A stretch of DNA of 64,000 nucleotides from Gammaproteobacteria bacterium (GTDB taxonomy: Bacteria; Pseudomonadota; Gammaproteobacteria; UBA12402): NCBI GenBank assembly GCA_050123375.1, contig JASFHF010000004.1:5116-69115 (forward strand), in the 5' to 3' direction. Made by a program: the position numbers and the translations under genes. Numbering within the stretch: position 1 is the stretch's first letter; the number at the start of each line of letters is the position of its first letter. The notes beneath the pieces are model-generated. The model ran no database searches and had not been told where the DNA came from. It was given only the letters and a program-made list of their open reading frames with translations. Below, one piece after another: positions 26,480-38,091 of the stretch.

Positions 26480-27619
26480 TTAAGCTCTTTGCATCCAGTT
26501 AGTAGGGTTGATTGGTGTTGCGTTGTGGCGAATTTCGAAATATAAAGCACTGTTTTGGAAGCCGCCGCTATTACCAACTGTGGCGATTACTTGTCCGGCA
26601 TTAATGGTATCTCCTCTTTTGACATATAAGCTTTGGCTGCGTCCGTATAGAGTTATATAGTGCTTTCCATGTTGTATAATAACTAATAGTCCAAAACCAT
26701 GCAGCCAGTCGGCAAAAATAACTTTACCAGGGAAAATAGCGTGTATTTTTGTGCCAACTGTTGCCTGAAGTAACATACCTGTTGCATGCATTTTACCGTT
26801 AACTAGACTTTGTCCATAAGATTGGATGATTTTGGCGTTCTTAATTGGCCAATGTAATTTGCCGTGCATTTGTGCAAAACTTTTTCCGGGAATGTAGCCA
26901 TAAGAGTATTCGGTTTTTAATTCTTGAATGATATTGGTTAAATGCCGTTTGTCTTTAAGTAGTTTATTAAGTTGTTTGTTTTTGTGATGTAGTTCTTTAG
27001 CAGTTCTAGTTAATAGTTGTTGGCGGCGTTTTTTTTCGTGAACGAACGCAATTTGATGTTGACGATAAGTATGCTGCATCGTTTGTAAATTATGTGCTTG
27101 TGTTTTAATATTTTTTGTGGTTGATTTTATATTTTGTGTAAGTTTTTCAATTCTATGAATAATATTCAGGCGGGCTTGATTAAATTGCGCATAATAATAT
27201 AAATAGCGGCTAAGTTTAGTTGGATCTTCTTGATTCAAGATGATTTTAATATATGGCTGCCGTCCCAAAATATAAGAAGCATAAATTTGTTTGGCTAATA
27301 ATTTTTTTTGAATCTTTAGTTGTTGTTGATATTTAAGTTGTTGTTGTTTGATTTTTTGAAGCTGTTGGTGTTTTTTGTTTATTTGCGTTTGGTTATGATT
27401 AATTTTTTTTGCCAAATTGCCAATTTTAAGTTCAGTGCTTTTTAAGTTATTTTGAATGTAATTGCGCTTGCGTGTGATAGAAAATAAATTATTTTTTAAC
27501 TTGTCGATTTTATTAATGACGGTTTGCAGTTTGCTGGAGCTTGTGGTTAAGTTTGCGGAACCACATACAGGGCTAAAAATAGAACAGCAAATAATTATTG
27601 ATAAGCAAATATATTTCAT
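26480..27619 (-). CDS. envC: M23 peptidase-family murein hydrolase activator (EnvC-like) with N-terminal coiled coil
   Basis: Signal peptide, long Q/K-rich coiled coil, C-terminal LytM/M23 domain (HxxxD...GNSG); gpmI-envC-ctpA synteny as in E. coli gpmM-envC-yibQ. Confidence 0.75.
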   Translation of the reverse strand: MKYICLSIIICCSIFSPVCGSANLTTSSSKLQTVINKIDKLKNNLFSITRKRNYIQNNLKSTELKIGNLAKKINHNQTQINKKHQQLQKIKQQQLKYQQQLKIQKKLLAKQIYASYILGRQPYIKIILNQEDPTKLSRYLYYYAQFNQARLNIIHRIEKLTQNIKSTTKNIKTQAHNLQTMQHTYRQHQIAFVHEKKRRQQLLTRTAKELHHKNKQLNKLLKDKRHLTNIIQELKTEYSYGYIPGKSFAQMHGKLHWPIKNAKIIQSYGQSLVNGKMHATGMLLQATVGTKIHAIFPGKVIFADWLHGFGLLVIIQHGKHYITLYGRSQSLYVKRGDTINAGQVIATVGNSGGFQNSALYFEIRHNATPINPTNWMQRA

Positions 27620-27676
27620 AAAAGCTCTTATAAATTTCTGTGATAGCTACCGCGCATGCAAGATTGGCTATCAGGA

Positions 27677-27845
27677 ATTGGGGACAGGTCTTCACCCATT
27701 ACAAAGCAACAAACAAGGCACTTGTAATGCGTGAAGACGCTGTCCCACAATGCTATTATAATTGGGGACAGGTCTTCACCCATTACAAAGCAACAAACAA
27801 GGCACTTGTAATGCGTGAAGACGCTGTCCCACAATGCTATTATAA
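27677..27845. repeat. Perfect 84-bp x2 tandem duplication, each unit containing a ~66-bp hairpin element of the REP/MITE-like family
   Basis: Unit ATTGGGGACAGGTCTTCACCCATTACAAAGCAACAAACAAGGCACTTGTAATGCGTGAAGACGCTGTCCCACAATGCTATTATA repeated head-to-tail in the envC-gpmI intergenic region. Confidence 0.8.
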
Positions 27846-27965
27846 TGATGCGCGGTTACTCGTGATTTTACATAACAAACAGGATGTAAAATCATGAGTT
27901 CCAATTTAAACTGGCATTAGCATTTTTCATAAATCATGCATATTCATTTTATTATATGTTTCATT

Positions 27966-29516
27966 TTACGTAAATTCTACTAAGGACTCTCCTGACATTT
28001 CTTTAGGTTGTGGCAGTCCTAATAAATATAACATGGTCGGGGCGATATCACATAATGCTCCTGCGGTGTTAGTAATTTTTGCGGGGCGTCCAATATAAAT
28101 AAATGGAACTGGGTTGCAAGTATGTGCGGTATGCGGTTGACCAGTTTCAGGGTCAAACATTACTTCAGCATTGCCATGATCTGCGGTAATAATGGTTTCA
28201 CCGCCAACTTTATTTAATGTTGTAACAATTTTTGTTAAACATTTATCTATACATTCAACCGCTTTAATTGCTGCTTTTAATTTGCCGGTATGTCCAACCA
28301 TATCGCAATTAGCAAAATTACAAATAATTGCATCGTATTTTTTACTTTCAATTGCTGCGTTTAGCTTTTCAGTAATTTCTGGCGCGCTCATTTCTGGTTG
28401 TAAGTCATAAGTAGCAACTTTTGGCGATGGGATTAAAATTCGATCTTCTCCTTCGTAAGGTTTTTCGACGCCACCGCTTAAAAAGAAAGTTACGTGTGCA
28501 TATTTTTCGGTTTCAGCAATGCGTAATTGGTGTAAATGATTATTGGCCAGATATTCGCCTAGTGCATTAACTATTTTTTCTGGTGGAAATGCAATTGGCA
28601 GATCAAAAGTTTGATCGTATTCAGTCAGTGTTGCATAACAGCCTAATTTTACGATTTTTTTGCGCTTGAATTCAGTAAAATCAGTTTCGGTAAATGCGCA
28701 CGTAATTTCTCGTGCGCGATCAGCACGATAATTCATAAAAATAATAGTGTCGCCATCTTCGATTACAACTGGTTTTTCATTTTTTACATGAATGCTGGTG
28801 GGTTTGATAAATTCATCGGTTTCGTTGGCTTTATAAGCCATTTTTAAACCATCAATAGCAGTTTCTGCATGATGTGCTGCTTCACCTAAAGTAAATAAAT
28901 CATAAGCTTGTTGTACGCGATCCCAACGTTTATCACGATCCATAGCATAATAGCGGCCAACCAGAGAAATAATTTTACCAACTTTAATTTTAGCGAATAT
29001 ATTTTCTAAATTTGTAATAAATTGTTCAGCGCTTTTTGGCGGAGTGTCTCTGCCATCTAAAAAAGCGTGCATGAATAGTTTTTTTGCACCGCGTTTAGCC
29101 GCCAGTTTCATCATTGCGTGGATATGAGTTTCATGACTGTGAACTCCTCCATTTGAAAGTAAGCCAAATACATGCACGGCTTTATCTTGAGTTACAGCTT
29201 GATCGACTGCTTTGATTAGTACCGGGTTTTCGTAGAAAGAGCCATCATCAATAGCATTAGTGATACGGCTTAAGTCTTGATAAACAATTCTGCCGGCGCC
29301 TAAATTTAGGTGGCCAACTTCAGAGTTTCCCATTTGACCTTTGGGCAGGCCTACATTGCAGCTTGATGCAGCAATTAAAGTATGTGGGTATTTTTGCCAT
29401 AACTTGTTAAATGTGGGTATGTTTGCCTGGGCTATAGCATTAGAATCCGGTTGGGGGTTATAGCCCCAGCCATCTAAAATTATTAATAGAATGGGTCGGT
29501 GTGGTGTGTTGGTCAT
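27966..29516 (-). CDS. gpmI: 2,3-bisphosphoglycerate-independent phosphoglycerate mutase
   Basis: N-terminal ILDGWG, metal-binding Ser/His/Asp motifs. AAGGAG RBS favours a start at MTNTP (29516) rather than the tracked 29567. Confidence 0.9.
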   Translation of the reverse strand: MTNTPHRPILLIILDGWGYNPQPDSNAIAQANIPTFNKLWQKYPHTLIAASSCNVGLPKGQMGNSEVGHLNLGAGRIVYQDLSRITNAIDDGSFYENPVLIKAVDQAVTQDKAVHVFGLLSNGGVHSHETHIHAMMKLAAKRGAKKLFMHAFLDGRDTPPKSAEQFITNLENIFAKIKVGKIISLVGRYYAMDRDKRWDRVQQAYDLFTLGEAAHHAETAIDGLKMAYKANETDEFIKPTSIHVKNEKPVVIEDGDTIIFMNYRADRAREITCAFTETDFTEFKRKKIVKLGCYATLTEYDQTFDLPIAFPPEKIVNALGEYLANNHLHQLRIAETEKYAHVTFFLSGGVEKPYEGEDRILIPSPKVATYDLQPEMSAPEITEKLNAAIESKKYDAIICNFANCDMVGHTGKLKAAIKAVECIDKCLTKIVTTLNKVGGETIITADHGNAEVMFDPETGQPHTAHTCNPVPFIYIGRPAKITNTAGALCDIAPTMLYLLGLPQPKEMSGESLVEFT

Positions 29517-29655
29517 ATTTTTTATCTCCTTTCTTTTAAAATTATACATGTAAAACTTTCCTTGCAAAATAAGTTTTTTCTGGCAGAATGGTGCGCCCTT
29601 TTAGTGCTGATTCTTTAAGATATGCTATTCTTAGATTTAATTTACGAGGTTTGTA

Positions 29656-31023
29656 ATGGCGGTTAAGGCATCTTCACAATCATTTGGTAATGATGTAAGA
29701 CAATCAGTGCGTTTGTCGTTGCCGCTTATTGTTGCAAATTTGGTGCAGGCGTCCAGCGGATTTTTGGGTACGCTGATGATCGCCCATCTTGGACGCGACA
29801 ATTTAGCTGCTATGGCTTTGGGTGTTTCGGTGTATTTTAGTTTGGTGGTATTTTTATTTGGATTGTTATCATCAATTGGTGTCATGGTGGCACAGAATTA
29901 TGGCGCTAAGAATCAAGCTGGAATGGAATCTTCTTTTTCGCAGGGTTTTATTTTAGCTTTAGTCAGTTGTGTGCCGATGATATTGATTTTGTGGTTTGCG
30001 CCAATTATTTTTAGCTGGAGCGGTGAACCATATCATATTTCGCAAATTGCAACTAGCTATTTGCATGCTATGGTTTTGTGCGTAGTGCCGGTAGCCATGT
30101 TAGTTTCTATGGAACAGTTTTTGCTTGGGATGTCACGGACTGGTGTGGTTTTATGGGTTAGTTTGGCCGAAGTTCCGTTTGAAATTTTATTCAGTTATGC
30201 GTTTATTTTCGGGCGTTTTGGTTTGCCAAAATGTGGTATAGCGGGGCTTGGTTATGGCTTTGCATTAGTGTTTTTGCTGACGGCTTTAGGTCTTGCTATT
30301 TTTTTATGTCGCTCTAAATTATATCGGCGATATAAATTATTTTCAGGGGTAATTTACTTTAAAGCAGAATATTTTTTTGAATTGTTACGTGTTGGTTGGC
30401 CGGTTGGTTGTATGCAGGTAATTGAAGTGGTGCTGTTGTCGATATTGGCTTTTATGATGGGTAGGGTAAATAGCGATGCGCTTGCTGCAAATAGAATTGC
30501 GCGGCAGTTTTTATTAATGGGTATGATGTTTGTATTTGCGGTTTCGCAGGTTGCTACGGTACAGGTTGGTCAGGCTGTTGGCCGAAAAGATAAGTTAGGA
30601 ATCAATCGCGCGATTTTAGCTAATTTGGTTTTTGGTTGTAGTGTAACGTTTGCAATTTCGGTTTGTTATATTTTGTTTGCGCGGGATTTTATTGGTTTGG
30701 ATGTTAGTATAAATAATCCGCGTTTTGCAGCGTTGACGCATTATGCTACAGTTTTTTTGGCGTTTGCTGCTGTGTCACAAGTTTTTGATACATTGCGTTT
30801 TATTGCGATTGGCGCGTTGCGTGGTTTGAAAGATACTCGTATTCCAATGTATATTAGCATTATTACTTTTTGGTTTGTTGCGTTGCCGCTTTCGTGGGTT
30901 TTATGTTTCCCTTTAGGTTTTGATGGCAATGGTTTGTGGATTGGTTTGTTGGTTGGTGTTTTAATTGGTGCGGTTATTTTGTTGGTTCGCAATTATAAAT
31001 TAGCGCGGCAGGTTAAATTTTAA
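29656..31023 (+). CDS. MATE-family multidrug efflux transporter
   Basis: 455 aa, 12 TM, NorM/DinF-like conserved segments. Confidence 0.75.
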   Translation: MAVKASSQSFGNDVRQSVRLSLPLIVANLVQASSGFLGTLMIAHLGRDNLAAMALGVSVYFSLVVFLFGLLSSIGVMVAQNYGAKNQAGMESSFSQGFILALVSCVPMILILWFAPIIFSWSGEPYHISQIATSYLHAMVLCVVPVAMLVSMEQFLLGMSRTGVVLWVSLAEVPFEILFSYAFIFGRFGLPKCGIAGLGYGFALVFLLTALGLAIFLCRSKLYRRYKLFSGVIYFKAEYFFELLRVGWPVGCMQVIEVVLLSILAFMMGRVNSDALAANRIARQFLLMGMMFVFAVSQVATVQVGQAVGRKDKLGINRAILANLVFGCSVTFAISVCYILFARDFIGLDVSINNPRFAALTHYATVFLAFAAVSQVFDTLRFIAIGALRGLKDTRIPMYISIITFWFVALPLSWVLCFPLGFDGNGLWIGLLVGVLIGAVILLVRNYKLARQVKF

Positions 31024-32171
31024 TACAAACTTTTCCGGAACCGTTCACGAAAAACATCTTTTTTTCTGGCTTCATAATCAATGCGCAATAGAATAGCGAT
31101 TACTATAAAAGTAACTAACAAACTGCTGCCGCCGTAGCTCATTAATGGCAGGGTTAAGCCTTTGGTTGGTAATAGACCGGAATTGACTCCCATATTTACA
31201 ATTGCTTGTGTTCCTATCCAGATGGCAAATCCATAAGCCATATATCCTTCTGCATGCATGCCGGCTAGTTGGGCGCGTCGCCCGATCATGAGAATGCGTA
31301 TAACCATTAGCGTATATAATGCGATTACAATTAGAATGCCAATCAAACCTAATTCTTCGGCCAATACAGCAAATAAAAAATCTGTATGTGCTTCGGGTAA
31401 GTAAAATAATTTTTGAATGCTGCTGCCTAGGCCTGCACCAAAAATTCCGCCGCGTCCAAAAGCGATTAGCGATTGGGTTAATTGGTAACCGCTATTGAAT
31501 TGGTGTGCCCATGGGTTTAGGAATGCAGTTAAGCGTGCCATTCTATATGGAGATGAAATTGCTAGTATGCTGACAGCAATCGCAGCAAGTAATAATAATC
31601 CTACAAATTGCCACCAGCGTACTCCGCTTAAATATAACATGCTCATCGTGGTTATGGTAATTACTACAGCAGTACCAAAATTTGGTTCTTTTAATAGTAG
31701 AATAGAAATAATTCCAAGAATTATCATTGGTTTTAAAAATTCGGCCGGTTTGGTGCAGATTTCGTGATTGCGTCTGGTTAGATAGCTCGCTAAATAAATT
31801 ACAAATGCTAATTTAATAAATTCGGATACTTGTAATCTTATTGGACCTGCGCCAACCCATCGCATACTGCCGTTTACTTGATGGCCGATGCCTGGAATTA
31901 GTACGGCGATTAATAATATTAATCCGGTTAGCAGCATAAGTTTGCTAATTTTGTGCCAGAATTTTATGTTGATGCGCATAATAATTAACAAAAATAGAAT
32001 ACCTAAAAAAATATGTGCGCTTTGGTTATAAAAGAAGTGAAAAGGTTGATGGTAGAGGCGTTCTGAGATGGACGTAGAAGCAGAAGTAATCATTACCAGG
32101 CCGATAATCAATAATGCAGCTACAGTGAAGACAAAATATTTGTCGTACATGTTTGTTGTTAGTTTGTTCAT
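31020..32171 (-). CDS. ftsW: peptidoglycan glycosyltransferase FtsW (SEDS family)
   Basis: FtsW/RodA/SpoVE motifs, 383 aa, immediately downstream of murD in the dcw cluster. Confidence 0.8.
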   Translation of the reverse strand: MNKLTTNMYDKYFVFTVAALLIIGLVMITSASTSISERLYHQPFHFFYNQSAHIFLGILFLLIIMRINIKFWHKISKLMLLTGLILLIAVLIPGIGHQVNGSMRWVGAGPIRLQVSEFIKLAFVIYLASYLTRRNHEICTKPAEFLKPMIILGIISILLLKEPNFGTAVVITITTMSMLYLSGVRWWQFVGLLLLAAIAVSILAISSPYRMARLTAFLNPWAHQFNSGYQLTQSLIAFGRGGIFGAGLGSSIQKLFYLPEAHTDFLFAVLAEELGLIGILIVIALYTLMVIRILMIGRRAQLAGMHAEGYMAYGFAIWIGTQAIVNMGVNSGLLPTKGLTLPLMSYGGSSLLVTFIVIAILLRIDYEARKKDVFRERFRKSLY

Positions 32172-32180
32172 ATCATCTCA

Positions 32181-32249
32181 GGGGGTCGGGTCTTTACTCA
32201 TTACAAAGCAACAAACAAGGCACTTGTAATGAGTAAAGACACCGACCCG
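32181..32249. repeat. Intergenic hairpin (REP/MITE-like) element between murD and ftsW
   Basis: GGGGGTCGGGTCTTTACTCATTACAAAG-CAACAAACAAGGCAC-TTGTAATGAGTAAAGACACCGACCC. Confidence 0.75.
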
Positions 32250-32257
32250 ATTTGTTT

Positions 32258-33580
32258 TCACAATTCCTTCACGATTTTAATAAATTCATTTCCTCTGTGT
32301 TGGTAATCGTTGAACATGTCAAAACTAGCGCAAGCTGGTGATAGTAATATGATATCGTTTGGCATAGCTGCATCATATGCAAGTTGTACTGCTTGTTGCA
32401 AATCATCGGCTATTTTAGTAGTGCAGCTGTTTTGCAAGGTTTTTTTAAGAACGTCTGCTGCTTTACCAATTAAAATAGCTTGACGTATGTATTTTTTAGC
32501 TGCAGATTGTAGTGGAGTAAAATCAGCATTTTTGCCTAAGCCTCCGGCGATTAAAATTATTTTGCCGGAAATATTTTGACCCAAGCCTGAAAGTGCAGCC
32601 AAAGTTGCGCCGACATTAGTTCCTTTTGAATCGTTATACCATGCTGCATTATTAATAGTTCGTACTAGTTGACAACGATGTGGCAGGCCAGGAAATTCTT
32701 GTAGTGCTTTTAACATTAATTTTTGATCAAAGCCTGCTGCGTCACCAATTGCTAGCGCAGCTAAAGCATTTTCTAAGTTATGTTGGCCGATTAGTTTTAA
32801 TTTTTTTGTGTTTAACAAAAGTTGTTTGCCTTTAGCTAAATATTTTTCGTTATCGTGTTTAATAATTCCATATTGATTTTTTTCAGGCGCATCTAAACCA
32901 AAACTTATTATGGAATTTAGTTTTAAATTTTTCGTAGATTTTTCTGCGCGGTTTATCACTGCAATTTCACAGTTTTGGTAAATTTTTATTTTTGCAGCGG
33001 TGTATTCTTGCAGGTTGTGGTAACGATCCATGTGGTCTTCACAGACGTTTAATACAGCAGCAACTTTGGCGCGTAATGAAAATGCGGTTTCCAGTTGAAA
33101 GCTTGATAATTCTAAAACGTATAAATCAGCCGCAGGTAAATCTAAAGCTGGTGTGCCGATATTTCCGCCAACCTGGACGTTAATTTTAGCATAACGCGCC
33201 ATTTCGCCTACAAGAGTTGTTACCGTGCTTTTGGCATTTGAGCCGGTAATTGCGATAATTGGGGTTTGTGTTGATTGTGCAAATAATTCAATATCGCCTA
33301 CATAAGGAATACCATTTTTAATCGCATTTGCAATTACAGGTTCTTTTAAGGAAACACCAGGACTTACTATTAATAAATCAGCATTGTTAATAAATTTTGC
33401 GGAAATTTCGCCGAATGCGGTTGGAATGTTTTGCTTTATTTGATCTGCGCCGGGCGGGTTGATGCGTGAATCTGTTATGCTTATTGGCCATCCTTGCCGT
33501 TTGCAGAAGTTAACGCAAGATAATCCGGTTTTGCCCAGTCCAACAATAACAACATTATGGAATTTTTTTTTAATCATCAG
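32258..33580 (-). CDS. murD: UDP-N-acetylmuramoylalanine--D-glutamate ligase
   Basis: [10 protein letters not shown]-terminal Rossmann and GSNAKST Mur ligase P-loop; probable start MIKKKFHN gives an ATGA overlap with the mraY stop. Confidence 0.85.
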   Translation of the reverse strand: MMIKKKFHNVVIVGLGKTGLSCVNFCKRQGWPISITDSRINPPGADQIKQNIPTAFGEISAKFINNADLLIVSPGVSLKEPVIANAIKNGIPYVGDIELFAQSTQTPIIAITGSNAKSTVTTLVGEMARYAKINVQVGGNIGTPALDLPAADLYVLELSSFQLETAFSLRAKVAAVLNVCEDHMDRYHNLQEYTAAKIKIYQNCEIAVINRAEKSTKNLKLNSIISFGLDAPEKNQYGIIKHDNEKYLAKGKQLLLNTKKLKLIGQHNLENALAALAIGDAAGFDQKLMLKALQEFPGLPHRCQLVRTINNAAWYNDSKGTNVGATLAALSGLGQNISGKIILIAGGLGKNADFTPLQSAAKKYIRQAILIGKAADVLKKTLQNSCTTKIADDLQQAVQLAYDAAMPNDIILLSPACASFDMFNDYQHRGNEFIKIVKEL

Positions 33581-34659
33581 CGTAATTTCAGAGTTGCCAG
33601 ACCACATAATACCAGAATAAAGGTGATAATCCAAAAGCGAACGATAACGCGAGGTTCGGGCCATCCTTTTAATTCAAAATGGTGGTGAAGAGGTGCCATT
33701 TTGAATAACCGTTTGCCGGTTAATTGAAATGAGATAACTTGAATAATTACCGAAATGGTTTCAACCACAAAGACTCCGCCCATAAGAAATAGGACTAATT
33801 CTTGGCGCACGATTATGGCTATAGTTCCTAAAGCTGCTCCCAGACCTAAAGCGCCGACATCTCCCATAAATACTTGAGCTGGATAGGTGTTAAACCACAG
33901 AAATCCTAAACCTGCACCAGCGATAGCAGCACAAACAATTACTACTTCTCCAGCTCCGGGAATGTGAGGTATCATTAAATATCTTGCAAAGTAAATATTG
34001 TCAGCAACATAAGCAAAAATACCTAGCGCCCCGCCAACCATGACGGTAGGTAGAATTGCCAAACCATCTAATCCGTCGGTAAGGTTTACAGCATTGCTGG
34101 CGCCAACTATAACTAGATAAGCAAATGGAATGTAGAACCAATGCAGGTGAATGGAACCATTTTTGAAAAAAGGTATAACTAATTGGGTTTCGGTAGGTGA
34201 TGCTGCAGTTATGTATAGGTAAATAGCTATAGCTAATGCAAGTATGGATTGCCAAAAAAATTTCCAGCGGGCTTTCATCCCGGCGCTGTTTTTAAAAACC
34301 AATTTGCGGTAATCATCTATAAAGCCGATAGCGCCAAAGCCTAAAGTAGCAAATAAAATTAGCCAAATATAACGGTTAGATAAATCTCCCCATAATAATG
34401 TTGCAATAGCAATGCTGATTAGAATCATAGTGCCGCCCATAGTGGGGGTTTCGGCTTTAGTGAAATGTGATCGCGGTCCAACTTTACGGATTATTTGTTT
34501 GATACTTTTAAATCTTAAGCGGCGGATGAAAAATGGTCCCAGAATAAATGAAACTATTAAAGCGGTTATGGTGGTTAAAATTGCACGAAAGGTTAAGTAA
34601 GAAAATACATTAAATGCGTGATAATATTGTTTTAAGAATTCAGCAAGCCAGAGCAACAT
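33577..34659 (-). CDS. mraY: phospho-N-acetylmuramoyl-pentapeptide transferase
   Basis: 360 aa, 10 TM, conserved DD and HHH motifs ([16 protein letters not shown]). Confidence 0.9.
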   Translation of the reverse strand: MLLWLAEFLKQYYHAFNVFSYLTFRAILTTITALIVSFILGPFFIRRLRFKSIKQIIRKVGPRSHFTKAETPTMGGTMILISIAIATLLWGDLSNRYIWLILFATLGFGAIGFIDDYRKLVFKNSAGMKARWKFFWQSILALAIAIYLYITAASPTETQLVIPFFKNGSIHLHWFYIPFAYLVIVGASNAVNLTDGLDGLAILPTVMVGGALGIFAYVADNIYFARYLMIPHIPGAGEVVIVCAAIAGAGLGFLWFNTYPAQVFMGDVGALGLGAALGTIAIIVRQELVLFLMGGVFVVETISVIIQVISFQLTGKRLFKMAPLHHHFELKGWPEPRVIVRFWIITFILVLCGLATLKLR

Positions 34660-34677
34660 GTTTTAAAGCCTTTTGTT

Positions 34678-34745
34678 GGGGACGGAGCTTTACTCATTAC
34701 AAAGCAACAAGCAGGGCACTTGTAATGAGTAAAGCTCGCGTCCCC
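34678..34745. repeat. Intergenic hairpin (REP/MITE-like) element between murE and mraY, where murF is normally found
   Basis: GGGGACGGAGCTTTACTCATTACAAAG-CAACAAGCAGGGCAC-TTGTAATGAGTAAAGCTCGCGTCCCC. Confidence 0.75.
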
Positions 34746-34765
34746 TATAAATACATCATACAACA

Positions 34766-36253
34766 TTATTTTCCTTCCGCGAACAAGTTTTTAACTATTT
34801 CAATATCGCTAAAGGGTAATTTCTTGTTGCCAATAATTTGATATGGTTCGTGTCCTTTACCAGCTAATAAGACTATATCTTTGGGGGTTGCTTGCTTAAT
34901 AGTGTAAGCGATTGCTTTTATCCGGTCTAATTCGATTATAACTTTATCTGGATGATTAATGCCCTCTAAAATATCGTTGACAATTTGCTGAGGATCTTCA
35001 AATCGTACATTGTCATTAGTGATGATTACATGATCGGCTAGTTTTTCAGCAATTTTTGCCATTTTTGGGCGCTTTTTGTGGTCACGATCTCCTCCGCAGC
35101 CAAACATACAAAATAATTTACCATGGCAATGTTCGCGTAAAGTCTGTAAAGCTTGTTTTAAAGCGTCTGGAGTGTGAGAAAAATCTACTACAACCAAAGG
35201 TTTATTTTTACCAACAATGGTTTGCATGCGGCCTGGAACAGGTTGTAGTTCAGGGATGATGGATAAGATGTCGCTTAATTTATATCCCATTATGCATAAA
35301 TTGGTGATGATTGCTAGTAAATTGGAGAGATTAAAGCGGCCTACCAACCGGCTGATTAATTTGCCATGTCCCCATGGAGATAGAATTTCGGCGTTGATAC
35401 CGTTGGATTGAGCTTGTATGTTATTAGCTGCAATTATGTTTGCGTTATCGAATTTATTTGAATTTAATGTATAACCATATACTGCAAAATTACTTTTGAA
35501 TTGTTCAAACCATTTTAAGCCAATAGGATCATCAAGATTAAATATTCCATTTTGTATTGAGTTTCTAGTGAATAATCGTCGTTTTGCGGCTGCGTATTTA
35601 TTTACAGTTTTGTGATAATCTAAATGATCGTGAGTTAAATTGGTAAAGGTGCCAAATTTAATATCCATACCGGCAAATCGATTTTGATCTAGCGCATGTG
35701 ATGATGTTTCCATGACTACAGTATGAATATTTTGTTGCCTAAAATCAGCTAAAATGCGTTGCAGCATGATCGGGTTAGGTGAAGTATAGTTTGATGGGGT
35801 TAGTGATTCTGGATTGCCGTAACCCAGAGTGCCAATTAAGCCGGCATGAGTGCCAAGTTTTTGTAAAGCAGAAGTTAATAAATAGCTGATTGAGGTTTTA
35901 CCGTTAGTTCCAGTAACACCAATAGATAACATATTTTTTGATGGATTATCATAAAAAGTTGCAGCAATTTGTCCGATTTTTTCGGTTAAATTCGGCAGAG
36001 CAATAATTGGAATATTATTTTTATACGTTAGAATTGATGGTAATTTATTAGTATCGCATAAAATCACAGCAGCGCCATTTGTAATTGCTTGGTCAATAAA
36101 TTGTTTGCTATCAATAGAACTGCCTTGATATGCAAAAAACAAATAATCTGGTTTTACTTCACGGCTATCTAAGGTTAGCCCGCTGATATTAATATCAGGA
36201 GTTGTGTCTAGATTGATAATGTTTTGTAGTAGTTGCTGTAAGTTTTTTGTCAT
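34766..36253 (-). CDS. murE: UDP-N-acetylmuramoyl-L-alanyl-D-glutamate--2,6-diaminopimelate ligase
   Basis: GVTGTNGKTS P-loop, DNxR-like motif (DNVRFEDP); 495 aa. Confidence 0.85.
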   Translation of the reverse strand: MTKNLQQLLQNIINLDTTPDINISGLTLDSREVKPDYLFFAYQGSSIDSKQFIDQAITNGAAVILCDTNKLPSILTYKNNIPIIALPNLTEKIGQIAATFYDNPSKNMLSIGVTGTNGKTSISYLLTSALQKLGTHAGLIGTLGYGNPESLTPSNYTSPNPIMLQRILADFRQQNIHTVVMETSSHALDQNRFAGMDIKFGTFTNLTHDHLDYHKTVNKYAAAKRRLFTRNSIQNGIFNLDDPIGLKWFEQFKSNFAVYGYTLNSNKFDNANIIAANNIQAQSNGINAEILSPWGHGKLISRLVGRFNLSNLLAIITNLCIMGYKLSDILSIIPELQPVPGRMQTIVGKNKPLVVVDFSHTPDALKQALQTLREHCHGKLFCMFGCGGDRDHKKRPKMAKIAEKLADHVIITNDNVRFEDPQQIVNDILEGINHPDKVIIELDRIKAIAYTIKQATPKDIVLLAGKGHEPYQIIGNKKLPFSDIEIVKNLFAEGK

Positions 36254-36352
36254 AAGCAGAGGTTCACGTTTTTATTAGTTACAAGGCAATTATTTAATTT
36301 TATCATATTTTACAAAAAATGTGCGGCAATCCTTATCGCATCTTCCGTAATA

Positions 36353-36823
36353 CTACGCCAAATCTTCTGTTTTTATCAAAATAGAACCATCTGATTCTCT
36401 CTGTCCTGCCAGATATTTGCGGCGAGCCAAATGTTCAATATATTCACGGTTTTTAGTAAAGATGCTTATTAGGCTTTTGTTGTCGTTTTCAAAATGATCT
36501 TCTAGTGCTTCTCGACTGATAGCACAGGAAATAGTTGTATAACGATCTTTTCCTTTAAAAATAACAACCATGCGTCTTGAATCATATTGTTCTTCTGGTG
36601 CAGCAAAAACAAGCGTGCGTTTATCTACCATGCCTAATGTCTCAAGAATACTTAATACCGTAGATAACATAATATCAGTTTCCCCGCTTTCGAAACGGGA
36701 GATCGTAGGCGTACTAACGCCCGCTAATTTGGCAAGTTGTGTCTGAGTCAGCTTTTGTGCTTTGCGCCGCTGTTTCGCTTCTTCAACAAGACTTGGCCAA
36801 TTGATGCAAAACTGCCGTTCCAT
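36353..36823 (-). CDS. HTH-XRE DNA-binding protein with ~90-aa C-terminal domain of unknown function; candidate partner of the HipA-like kinase
   Basis: LTQTQLAKLAGVSTPTISRFESGE helix-turn-helix; lies downstream of hipA, and the ORF from its first ATG overlaps the hipA 3' end by 76 nt. Confidence 0.5.
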   Translation of the reverse strand: MERQFCINWPSLVEEAKQRRKAQKLTQTQLAKLAGVSTPTISRFESGETDIMLSTVLSILETLGMVDKRTLVFAAPEEQYDSRRMVVIFKGKDRYTTISCAISREALEDHFENDNKSLISIFTKNREYIEHLARRKYLAGQRESDGSILIKTEDLA

Positions 36824-37986
36824 CTTTTCTCCATTGTTTCTATTAATTGATCTTTTAATTTATTGCTTCCAATGCTGGATTTTTCCACCCTTGCCAATGC
36901 ATTTGGTAGCCGATTTTTTAGTGTTTCTGCAATAGTCAACAACATATCTTCTTTAATACCAAACCCTATACTAAGTTTTAATAAGTGTTTAGCTTCTAGT
37001 TTGCCTAGCGCCAAATTCCGTATGCCGCCAACATCAAGCGCAATTGCTTGGTATTGTTGATAGATGCTGGAACATACTAAGTCATAAGCAGGTGTGAGGC
37101 GTAACCCATCTTTTGTGTGAAACATGGCAAAATTCTTGAAATGCGCATCTGTATTACCGGTCAGAAAGCAAACTAAGATACGTTTTAATAATCTATATGC
37201 TTCCGCTGGAACACAGCCGGGAGTGTTTGCGATAAATTGCCCCATCTCTTCATAGCCGCCTTCATATTTATCATCCCCGGATGTACGACCAAGGAGTTGA
37301 TTGAATTCTTCAAAATGGTATGAGCGTTTACCAGTCGATGATCGGTCAAAGCGCGGAATAATCAAGGCATCTTCCTGGATGGAAGGAAGATGTACCAATT
37401 TCATTTCAACGACATCATCATTTAGCAATAATGTACGGCAGGCTTTTGTAGTCAGGTATTCTAGCTCCAATAGCTCTGCATGATTACCAGAAGCCAATTT
37501 AGCAATATGGGTGCTAAGTTCATTTGGACCTACAGGACGGAATATCTTCCCATCTTTAACAACCAGTAGTTTGCGTTGAATACCTGACAAGGAGGCACGA
37601 CTCGAGAGCGCAACTAGTGTTGTTTCATCGATGTGGTTAAGTTGATAATGTTCCTGTGGATCTGGATCAATAACTGATACTGTTCCAGCTAAATCAAATC
37701 CAAATCCCAATAGTAAGGCAAACCGGTTGTTGGTGTTTATGCCTAGCGCCCGTGCTTGAGCATCTTGGAGCCAACCTTCAGCAACTAAATTGTCAAAGAA
37801 AGGGTGAAGTCCATTTTCGGAAATGTAAGGTTTGGTACGAAGCGGCAATGTATATGCTATAGCAGGCTGTTTGGCTTCAAGATATGATGCATCATAAGTA
37901 AAAACATAGCGATTACCTGGTTTTTCTTCCAATCTTCCAGCATAGGTATCTTTGTAATAAATATTGCCCCAAAGAGTTTTTGCCAT
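36748..37986 (-). CDS. hipA: HipA-family serine/threonine kinase toxin
   Basis: 412 aa; P-loop-like LSGIQRKLLV, catalytic-loop NTDAHFKNFAM (D-x-H-x-KN), both HipA N- and C-domains. Confidence 0.75.
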   Translation of the reverse strand: MAKTLWGNIYYKDTYAGRLEEKPGNRYVFTYDASYLEAKQPAIAYTLPLRTKPYISENGLHPFFDNLVAEGWLQDAQARALGINTNNRFALLLGFGFDLAGTVSVIDPDPQEHYQLNHIDETTLVALSSRASLSGIQRKLLVVKDGKIFRPVGPNELSTHIAKLASGNHAELLELEYLTTKACRTLLLNDDVVEMKLVHLPSIQEDALIIPRFDRSSTGKRSYHFEEFNQLLGRTSGDDKYEGGYEEMGQFIANTPGCVPAEAYRLLKRILVCFLTGNTDAHFKNFAMFHTKDGLRLTPAYDLVCSSIYQQYQAIALDVGGIRNLALGKLEAKHLLKLSIGFGIKEDMLLTIAETLKNRLPNALARVEKSSIGSNKLKDQLIETMEKRWNGSFASIGQVLLKKRNSGAKHKS

Positions 37987-38091
37987 ATAAACTACACTTT
38001 ATATTTTTGTTGTTTTTCATAAAAAAATAAACTATATTTTATGTTATATTCCATTGCAAGTCAAGAATATAAACTAGACTTTACGCGCATT

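Noticed and set aside
27677-27845. Possible CRISPR array (direct repeats)
   Set aside because: Only two head-to-tail identical 84-bp units with no unique spacers, each a hairpin of the dispersed REP-like family; no cas genes nearby.
27628-27897. Two antisense-overlapping ORFs (68 and 85 aa) with internally repeated peptide sequence (VFTHYKATNKALVMREDAV...), and the similar ORF at 34614-34841
   Set aside because: They are translations of the palindromic hairpin elements and their 84-bp tandem duplication; the repetition and both-strand symmetry are nucleotide-level properties, so these are not genes.
29637-31023. Embedded short ORFs (29637-29885 -, 30741-30992 -) within the MATE transporter gene
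   Set aside because: Antisense to a 12-TM transporter ORF with family-typical conservation.
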